Below the pieces are notes generated by a model. The model ran no database searches, was not told the DNA's origin, and saw nothing but the letters and a program-made list of their open reading frames with translations. Below, piece by piece: positions 58,175 through 64,000 of a stretch of 64,000 nucleotides of DNA. The position numbers and the translations under genes were made by a program. Source of the DNA: Verrucomicrobiota bacterium (GTDB lineage Bacteria > Verrucomicrobiota > Kiritimatiellia > CAIQIC01 > JAGNIJ01); the NCBI GenBank assembly GCA_036821485.1, contig DAISJM010000002.1, positions 3,771-67,770 of the forward strand, in the 5' to 3' direction. The number at the start of each line of letters is the position of its first letter. The stretch's first letter is position 1.

Positions 58175-59947
58175 TCAGGCTCCGGCTGCTTTCTTCTTCC
58201 GATGCATCATCAATTGCTGTGCAATCATCAGGCACTGGTTCGTCGTCCAGTAAAGCGCCAGGCCCGCCGCAAAGTTGTAGAAAATCACCAGCATCATCAC
58301 CGGCATGACCATCATCATCTTCTGCTGGCTGGCATCGCCGGCCGAAGGCGTCAGCTTCTGCTGCCAGACCATCGTCACCGCCATGATGATCGGCAAGATG
58401 TTCAACGGAATCGGCAGCAGACCCGCCAACAGATTCTCCGGCTGGCTCAAATCGCGCACCCACAGGAACGGCGCGAAACGCAGTTCGATCGCGCTCCGCA
58501 GCACGACAAACAGGGCAATAAACACCGGGATCTGAATCAGCGTCGGCAAGCAGCCGCCCAGCGGGTTGACCTTGTGCTCCTTGTAGAGCGCCATGATCTC
58601 CTGCTGCTGCTTCTGGGCATTGTCTTTGTATTTTTCACGCACCGCGGCCACGAGAGGCTGAATCTCCGACATCTTCTTCATGCTCTCGGTGCTCTTGCGC
58701 GTGATCGGCCAGAAGACAACGCGAATGATGATCGTCAGCAGCATGATCGCCACGCCGTAGTTCCGGAACACCCTGTGCAGCGCATTGAGCGTCGCCAGCA
58801 GCACCTTGCCGACCGGCGCCCACATCCCGAATTCCATCACATCCACAAACCGCTGCCCATACCGGTTCAGCTCCGAGTACTTCTTCGGCCCCACGTAGTA
58901 TTCCATCGGCAGCGTGAACGTCGTGCCCGGCTCTACGTTGAACTCCGGCAGCAGGATGCGGGAGGAGACTTCCTTGACGACCGCAGTCTTCACGCGCGCA
59001 GCCGGATTGGCCATTTCCTGCGGCGAGACATCGCGCACAGCGTGGATGACACTGTTCTCGCCGCCATTCTCGGGGGCAAGAATCTGAACGAAATACTTGT
59101 TCTTCGCCGCCGCCCAGTGCACGGGCTTCGCGAGCGACCAGTCCAACGTGACCGGCGGCTTCGCCAGATTGCGCTCCTTGCGCTCCACATCAAACTGCTT
59201 CACCAGTTTGTTGCCCCAGTACTTCACACCCTCGCCTCCCGGCGAAAGGGTGTCCACGCCGAGGAACGCGATGCCCCGCACGGAACCATCACCCACCAGG
59301 CTCTGCATCATGCCCGTCTGGATAAATCGTGCGGGCAGGCGAACGGCCGCGGCTGACTCGTTGGCCATTTCGTCCGTAACCTTCGCCATGTAGCGATCAT
59401 CCAGGCTGATCGTGCGGACAAACTTGAGCCCGTCGGGCGTGGCCCGCTCGAAGCGGACCGACCGGCCATCTTCCGCCACCGTCATGGCGAACTGCTGCCG
59501 CGCGCTCAGCCCAGCCCAATCCACATAGGCCAAGGCGGGCACACCGTCAAAATCCAACACCAATGGGCCACTGTCCGGGTCCACCGTCTGGCGATAGTCC
59601 CGCTCCTTGAACTCAACTGATTTCACCGATGCGCCGCGCGAAGAAACGGTAAGCTTGATCGCCTCATTCTCCAGCACCGCGGTCTCTTCCGGCAGAGCGT
59701 CTTCTTCCGGTTCAGCCTCCACCTTGGCCGGAGCGGCTTCGGTGGTCTCGTCAGCAAGCAGCGTCGCCGGCGCCTCGCCCAACGCGGCATCAGTCACCGC
59801 GCCCGGAACGTCCGATGCAGGCTCCGCAGCGGCTGGAACCGCACTGTCATGGAAGAAGTATTTCTTGATGACCTGACGGTCGATGATGGGCCATGCCAGC
59901 CAAAGAGCGAACAAGGCTACGAGTATGATGATGTCTTGTTTCTTCAT
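58175..59947 (-). CDS. yidC: membrane protein insertase YidC
   Basis: 590 aa; N-terminal TM, large periplasmic domain, and conserved C-terminal five-TM YidC/Oxa1 core (...GCLPTLIQIPVFIALF...). Confidence 0.93.
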   Translation of the reverse strand: MKKQDIIILVALFALWLAWPIIDRQVIKKYFFHDSAVPAAAEPASDVPGAVTDAALGEAPATLLADETTEAAPAKVEAEPEEDALPEETAVLENEAIKLTVSSRGASVKSVEFKERDYRQTVDPDSGPLVLDFDGVPALAYVDWAGLSARQQFAMTVAEDGRSVRFERATPDGLKFVRTISLDDRYMAKVTDEMANESAAAVRLPARFIQTGMMQSLVGDGSVRGIAFLGVDTLSPGGEGVKYWGNKLVKQFDVERKERNLAKPPVTLDWSLAKPVHWAAAKNKYFVQILAPENGGENSVIHAVRDVSPQEMANPAARVKTAVVKEVSSRILLPEFNVEPGTTFTLPMEYYVGPKKYSELNRYGQRFVDVMEFGMWAPVGKVLLATLNALHRVFRNYGVAIMLLTIIIRVVFWPITRKSTESMKKMSEIQPLVAAVREKYKDNAQKQQQEIMALYKEHKVNPLGGCLPTLIQIPVFIALFVVLRSAIELRFAPFLWVRDLSQPENLLAGLLPIPLNILPIIMAVTMVWQQKLTPSAGDASQQKMMMVMPVMMLVIFYNFAAGLALYWTTNQCLMIAQQLMMHRKKKAAGA

Positions 59948-59953
59948 AATAAA

Positions 59954-60172
59954 TCACTTTCCTGCCGGAACAGGATCCAAGCCACCCGGATGAAATGGAT
60001 GGCAGCGCAGCAGTCTCCGCACACCCAACCAGAGACCGCGCAGAAACCCATGTTTCTCAAGCGCCTCGATCCAGTAGGCTGAACACGAGGGATAGAATCG
60101 GCAACACTGACCAACAAACCGTGAAAGGGTCAACTGGTAGAGACGAATCAACGCTATAAGCAATCTCGTCAT
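59954..60172 (-). CDS. yidD: membrane protein insertion efficiency factor YidD
   Basis: [35 protein letters not shown]. Confidence 0.9.
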   Translation of the reverse strand: MTRLLIALIRLYQLTLSRFVGQCCRFYPSCSAYWIEALEKHGFLRGLWLGVRRLLRCHPFHPGGLDPVPAGK

Positions 60173-60573
60173 TCCCGCCGCTCTCCCTGCGCGCCCGACT
60201 CCAGCAGCCCGGCAAACTTCGCCAACTCCAGAAGCTCGCCCTCGATGTCATTCCACGGCGCCGCAAGAATGTCGCGGCGCGCCACAATGACCACATCGAA
60301 CGGGCCCGCCATCCGAAAGCGATTGCGCCGGTAGGCCTCCCGAAGGAGCCGCTTGGCCCGGGCACGGGCGACGGCGTTTCCGACCTTCTTGCTCGCAACA
60401 ACGCCCAGCCGCAGCGAAGCGTCATCCCCCGAGCGCAACCACAGGACCATGAAACGGCCGATCCAGCGGCGACCTTGGGCGTAGGTCTGGCGGAACAACG
60501 CCGTTCGAGTCAGACGCTGGCTTCGCCTCAAGCCCTGATCGGGCTTCGCGCCTTCCCCGCTGCCCCCCGCCAT
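60169..60573 (-). CDS. rnpA: ribonuclease P protein component
   Basis: [22 protein letters not shown]...[23 protein letters not shown]; 4-nt overlap with yidD. The true start may lie inside the annotated ATG. Confidence 0.85.
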   Translation of the reverse strand: MAGGSGEGAKPDQGLRRSQRLTRTALFRQTYAQGRRWIGRFMVLWLRSGDDASLRLGVVASKKVGNAVARARAKRLLREAYRRNRFRMAGPFDVVIVARRDILAAPWNDIEGELLELAKFAGLLESGAQGERRE

Positions 60574-60584
60574 GACGACTCCTT

Positions 60585-60719
60585 TTACAGCGAAACTCTC
60601 TTGCGGCCCTTGCGCCGGCGGCGTTGCAAGACTTCGCGCCCCTGCTTCGTAGACATGCGCTTCCGATAACCATGTGACCGGCTGCGTTTCCTCTTTGACG
60701 GCTGATAAGTTCTCTTCAT
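60585..60719 (-). CDS. rpmH: 50S ribosomal protein L34
   Basis: Hand translation gives [44 protein letters not shown]. Not in the ORF track because it is under 60 aa. Confidence 0.92.
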   Translation of the reverse strand: MKRTYQPSKRKRSRSHGYRKRMSTKQGREVLQRRRRKGRKRVSL

Positions 60720-60834
60720 TTTGTCTTCCTTACATCGTGGAACTGGCCTTTTCTAACAGCTTCCCCCCGGAAGTCAAATCCGGAAGGACACCTCGCGACC
60801 CCAGTCCATGGGGCGAGAAATCGTTGGATTTCGG

Positions 60835-61737
60835 TCAAAACGGCGCGGCCGTACCGATCTTGCCGCCAAGGGCCGCCTCTGCAATCGAGCGGCCGTCGGC
60901 CAGCACCGGCGTGCGGCGCGGAATCCATTGCCGACGCTTGCCCCGCGCTACCAGGTGGTATCCGCGGGTGAAGAACAGCAGGCCGTCGAGCTGCGCGGCC
61001 AGCCAAAAGACAGGATAAAGAAAGGAATACACCCGAAAGGCCTTCTCGATCTTGCGGAAGTCCTGCTCGTCGGCCAGCATCCCCGCGAAGTCGGCGGACG
61101 AACGGTCTTTGTTGACCTGCCGCACCACGAACCGGCCCAGCGTATCCACCAGTTCCACGAAGAAACGCGAGTAGGTCTTCGCGTCCTGAACGTCAAACCC
61201 GTCCTTGAGCAGCGTGAACAGTTGCGGTTCGGTATAACCCGGCCGCAGGCGGCCGTAGCGCTCATCCGTCAACCCCAGCATCTGCCGGAGCGGCGGCAAC
61301 AAGCCCCACGATTTCACCAGCGGAACCGTGAAAATCAGCCACCCCTTCGGCTTGAGTACCCGGTGACACTCCGCCACAAAAGCCGACTCGTCGGCCACGC
61401 GCTCGAGCACATCGATCGCCACAACCACGTCGAAACTCGCGTCTTCAAAGGGAAACTTTCCGTCGCTGCCGATCTGCGCGCCATCCCCCACCAGCGCCGC
61501 GCAGGCCGCGGCAGACTTCGCATCCAGCTCCAAACTCCGCCACGTACCGCCAAATCGCCGGAGATTCTGGCTGAAAACACCGGAGTGACCGCCAATATCC
61601 AGTCCACGGCGCCCCTCAATGGAACCGCCCAGCAGGGCGGCAATCGACCTGAGCTTCAATTGCCCGGCCAGGGACTTGCTGAAAAGCCTGAGCCTCCATT
61701 CCTGGCTCGAACCGGCCTGTGTCGTTTCTTTCTGCAT
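60835..61737 (-). CDS. class I SAM-dependent methyltransferase
   Basis: MTase motif I LDIGGHSGVFSQNL..., post-I acidic residue, and VVAIDVLERV (motif II/III). Start at MQKETTQAG (61737); the longer track ORF would translate through the palindromic repeats. Confidence 0.75.
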   Translation of the reverse strand: MQKETTQAGSSQEWRLRLFSKSLAGQLKLRSIAALLGGSIEGRRGLDIGGHSGVFSQNLRRFGGTWRSLELDAKSAAACAALVGDGAQIGSDGKFPFEDASFDVVVAIDVLERVADESAFVAECHRVLKPKGWLIFTVPLVKSWGLLPPLRQMLGLTDERYGRLRPGYTEPQLFTLLKDGFDVQDAKTYSRFFVELVDTLGRFVVRQVNKDRSSADFAGMLADEQDFRKIEKAFRVYSFLYPVFWLAAQLDGLLFFTRGYHLVARGKRRQWIPRRTPVLADGRSIAEAALGGKIGTAAPF

Positions 61738-61815
61738 CGGACCCGGATTGTAGCACGCGGAAACGGCGTGTCGCTGAAAAAAAGCCCCGGCCAGATGGCG
61801 CGGCGGGGTATCAAA

Positions 61816-61864
61816 ACTCCCGGGTTTGCGGTATATTTCCAATGCTTGGAAAAAAGGAGGCGGG
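61816..61864. promoter_or_regulatory. two copies of the TTTCCAA-N3-TTGGAAAA palindrome at 30-bp spacing in a divergent promoter region
   Basis: 61816-61834 TTTCCAATGCTTGGAAAA; 61846-61864 TTTTCCAACCATTGGAAAA; these end ~45 bp upstream of the ATG at 61911. Confidence 0.6.
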
Positions 61865-61910
61865 GTTTTCCAACCATTGGAAAATCCGTCGCCCACGGCA
61901 GCAGGTGACT

Positions 61911-63620
61911 ATGAATCACAATCCGATGGATGTAACCGTCACGTTCGAGGACGGCCGCAAGACAACATGCCCGGCCGGTACGCCGCTCAAGGTGCTCATG
62001 AAGGAGCGCCGCACGCCTCAAGGCCTGGATTACCTCGGCGCGCTGGTGAACAACGATGTGGTCTCCCTCTCCTACCCGCTCGAAGTCGACAGTGAAATCA
62101 AGTTCCTCACGCTGGCCGACTCCCACGGTCAGCGCATCTATCGCCGCTCCGCCTCGTTCATCCTCGCCAAGGCCGTGCGCGAGCTTTATCCGCAGGCCCG
62201 CTTTTCCGTCGAGCATTCGCTGGGCGATAGCTTCTACTGCAGCTTTGACATGAACGGCTCGGTGGCCAACCACAACGGCAACAATCACAACGATCATCCC
62301 GTCACCCAGGAACAACTCGACGCGATCGAACGCCGCATGCGCGAACTGGTCACACGCAACATTCCCATCGAGCGCCGGAAAATATCCTTCACCGAGGCAA
62401 TGAAGCAGTTCGAAACCGAGCAGCAGATGGACAAGTACAACTTGCTGCGCTTCCGCAACCCACCGAAGATCGTGATCTTCTGGTGCGAGGGATTCTCCGA
62501 TCTCGGTCATGGCCCGCTCGTCGAAAGCACCGGCGCCGTCCGCACCTTCAAGCTCATCCCCTACCCGCCCGGTTTCGTCATCCAGTTCCCGGAAAAGGAA
62601 AAGCCGGCGGAGCTTTCCCCGTTTGAGCCGCAGCCGTACCTGTTCCACATTTTCAAGGAACACAAGGAATGGGGCCGCATTCTCGGCGTCAACACCGTCG
62701 GCCGCCTGAACGAAATCATCGCGAATCGAGAGATCGGCGACTTCATCAAGATCGCCGAGGCGTTCCACGAGAAACGCATCGCGCGCATTGCGGACGACAT
62801 CCAGGGCAACCGCGACCGGATCAAGTGGATCCTCATCGCCGGGCCTTCCTCCTCAGGCAAAACCACGTTCGCCAAGCGGCTTGCCGTTCAGCTCCGCGTC
62901 AACGGCCTGCAGCCGGTCACGATCTCCGTCGACAACTACTTCGTGAACCGCGAGCAGACGCCGCGCGACGAAAAGGGCGATTACGACTTCGAGAACATCG
63001 AGACGATCGATCTCGCCCTCTTCAACGACCACCTGAAGCGTCTCGACGAGGGCGGCGAAGTCGACGTGCCGCACTACGATTTCGGAACAGGCACACGCGA
63101 ATATCGCGGCGAGAAGCTGCACATCGCCCACGGCCAACTCGTGCTGGTGGAAGGCATTCACGCGCTGAACCCGAAACTGACGGAGTCGGTGCCCACCGAA
63201 CACAAGCTGCGGATTTATGTCAGCGCGCTGACCCAGCTCAACCTCGACTTCAACAACCGGATATCTACCACCGACAACCGGCTCGTGCGGCGGCTCGTGC
63301 GCGACAACGCCTTCCGCGGCAACTCGGCGCTGACCACGCTCTCGATGTGGCCCAATGTGCGCCGCGGCGAGAAGACGTGGATCTTTCCGTTCCAGCAATA
63401 TGCGGATATCGCCTTCAACTCGGCGCTGGACTACGAGCTCGCGGTGCTGAAGCCTTCGGTCGAACCCCTGTTGGCAGAAGTGAAGCCCAACCAGCCGCAA
63501 TACGCGGAAGCGCGGCGCATGCAGGATTTCCTCGCGAGTTTTCTGAGCGTGTCGGACCACCTGGTTCCGCCGACGTCGATCCTGAGGGAATTCATCGGCC
63601 GCAGCAGTTTCCGCTACTGA
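61911..63620 (+). CDS. TGS-domain (ThrRS N-terminal-like) protein fused to a uridine kinase / phosphoribulokinase-family nucleoside kinase
   Basis: N-terminal TGS-like domain (MNHNPMDVTVTFEDGRKTTCPAGTPLKVL...); C-terminal P-loop kinase ILIAGPSSSGKTTFAKRL...VSVDNYF...LVLVEGIHAL, typical of Udk/PRK. Confidence 0.8.
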   Translation: MNHNPMDVTVTFEDGRKTTCPAGTPLKVLMKERRTPQGLDYLGALVNNDVVSLSYPLEVDSEIKFLTLADSHGQRIYRRSASFILAKAVRELYPQARFSVEHSLGDSFYCSFDMNGSVANHNGNNHNDHPVTQEQLDAIERRMRELVTRNIPIERRKISFTEAMKQFETEQQMDKYNLLRFRNPPKIVIFWCEGFSDLGHGPLVESTGAVRTFKLIPYPPGFVIQFPEKEKPAELSPFEPQPYLFHIFKEHKEWGRILGVNTVGRLNEIIANREIGDFIKIAEAFHEKRIARIADDIQGNRDRIKWILIAGPSSSGKTTFAKRLAVQLRVNGLQPVTISVDNYFVNREQTPRDEKGDYDFENIETIDLALFNDHLKRLDEGGEVDVPHYDFGTGTREYRGEKLHIAHGQLVLVEGIHALNPKLTESVPTEHKLRIYVSALTQLNLDFNNRISTTDNRLVRRLVRDNAFRGNSALTTLSMWPNVRRGEKTWIFPFQQYADIAFNSALDYELAVLKPSVEPLLAEVKPNQPQYAEARRMQDFLASFLSVSDHLVPPTSILREFIGRSSFRY

Positions 63621-64000
63621 AGCCAGGCGGTTTCGTAGGGCTCGAGCCGAAGCTTTCCGCCGGAACTCCCGGCGGGACGCCCCGTCAGCAGATTCAGCGC
63701 GTAGCTTCCCGGGACGGTCGCCTCCTGCGCCTCGGCCGTGCAATTGCTCACAGCCAACACCGCCGCTCCGTCCTTGGTTCTGCGTTCTACGGCGAACAGA
63801 GCCGGACCCAGATCCAGGATGCGCTGCGCGGCGGCGGGATGAAACACCGGGTGTGCGGCGCGCAACGCGAGCACACGCGTGTACTCGGCGAACACCCGCG
63901 AGGTGGCGGCCGACTCGCCACCGATGGCCTTCTCAAGCTCATCTTCCGTCCAGCGCCCGCGGTTGATGGATCGCGCGCGCCCGGTCTCCTTCAACCCGGC
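63614..64000 (-). CDS. C-terminal end of a GH13 (alpha-amylase / sucrose-phosphorylase-like) protein; 5' part lies beyond the window end
   Basis: ...RVLALRAAHPVFHPAAAQRILDLGPALFAVERRTKDGAAVLAVSNCTAEAQEATVPG...LRLEPYETAWLQ resembles the C-terminal beta-sandwich of amylosucrase/sucrose phosphorylase. Weak; based on the tail only. Confidence 0.4.
   Translation of the reverse strand, partial: AGLKETGRARSINRGRWTEDELEKAIGGESAATSRVFAEYTRVLALRAAHPVFHPAAAQRILDLGPALFAVERRTKDGAAVLAVSNCTAEAQEATVPGSYALNLLTGRPAGSSGGKLRLEPYETAWLQ

Noticed and set aside
61738-61896. N-terminal extension of the methyltransferase ORF (start at 61896)
   Set aside because: It would translate straight through both palindromic repeats (FFQALEIY...). 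The internal Met at 61737 leaves a normal promoter-sized intergenic region.
60808-61908. 366-aa plus-strand ORF antisense to the methyltransferase
   Set aside because: Arg-rich GC artefact; the minus-strand product has SAM-methyltransferase motifs.
1-64000. CRISPR arrays, rRNA, tRNA, tmRNA, RNase P RNA and riboswitches
   Set aside because: No direct-repeat/spacer periodicity and no cloverleaf-compatible or conserved non-coding RNA signatures were recognised in any intergenic region over 60 bp. The gap upstream of the btuF-like gene is only ~40 bp, too short for a cobalamin riboswitch.

Overview
This is a GC-rich, gene-dense bacterial chromosomal segment of about 60 protein-coding genes. Its gene content looks like the PVC superphylum or Acidobacteria: PEP-CTERM proteins, membrane glycosyltransferase-fold (GT-C/DUF2723) proteins fused to TPR repeats, a fused MFS/spermidine-synthase-like protein, and an IS200-like transposase carrying a DnaA C-terminal domain. 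I could not support any rRNA, tRNA or CRISPR array.

Core housekeeping blocks present:
- ftsK, a rodZ-like gene and pgsA.
- parA (Soj-like), def, plsY, gpsA and rmuC.
- The origin-proximal set rpmH-rnpA-yidD-yidC-jag, but with no dnaA next to it.

Metabolic and transport blocks:
- A sulfate-activation set cysC-cysD-cysN, in which CysN carries a degenerate APS-kinase-like tail, next to an aliphatic-sulfonate/nitrate-type ABC importer.
- A btuFCD/fec-like ABC importer flanked by two paralogous GT-C(DUF2723)-TPR membrane proteins.
- A Dpm1-like GT2 plus UbiA-family pair.
- A three-gene operon in the xanthine dehydrogenase / CO dehydrogenase family with a MocA-like cytidylyltransferase.
- A Fe3+/polyamine-type ABC importer with an MFS organophosphate-antiporter-like gene embedded in it.
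- Two tandem lipoproteins, each with two aspartic-protease DTG/DSG motifs.
- Two sensor histidine kinases, one followed by a NarL-type response regulator, and a vapBC toxin-antitoxin pair.

Most interesting observations:
1. A lower-GC accessory island (about 4.84-9.23 kb) between ftsK and a universal stress protein gene. It holds a 5'-truncated RHS/YD-repeat gene with a DPxGL-type core end and a C-terminal toxin domain that looks like a permuted papain fold (LRAT / NlpC-P60-like). A small 4-TM putative immunity gene follows it. An IS200-like transposase element bounded by perfect 26-bp inverted repeats has inserted into the 3' end of that immunity gene, so the last eight codons and the stop are encoded by the repeat. 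A lipoprotein gene and a signal-peptide/YD N-terminal gene fragment lie downstream.
2. A recurring 19-bp palindrome TTTTCCAA-N3-TTGGAAAA occurs six times: three tandem copies at 31-bp phasing in the convergent parA/def gap, two copies at 30-bp phasing in the divergent promoter between a SAM methyltransferase and a TGS-domain uridine-kinase-like gene (about 1.1 kb from rpmH), and one copy inside the plsY coding sequence. It is a candidate operator for an unknown regulator or nucleoid protein.

Many long GC-rich ORFs on opposite strands of real genes are treated as spurious.
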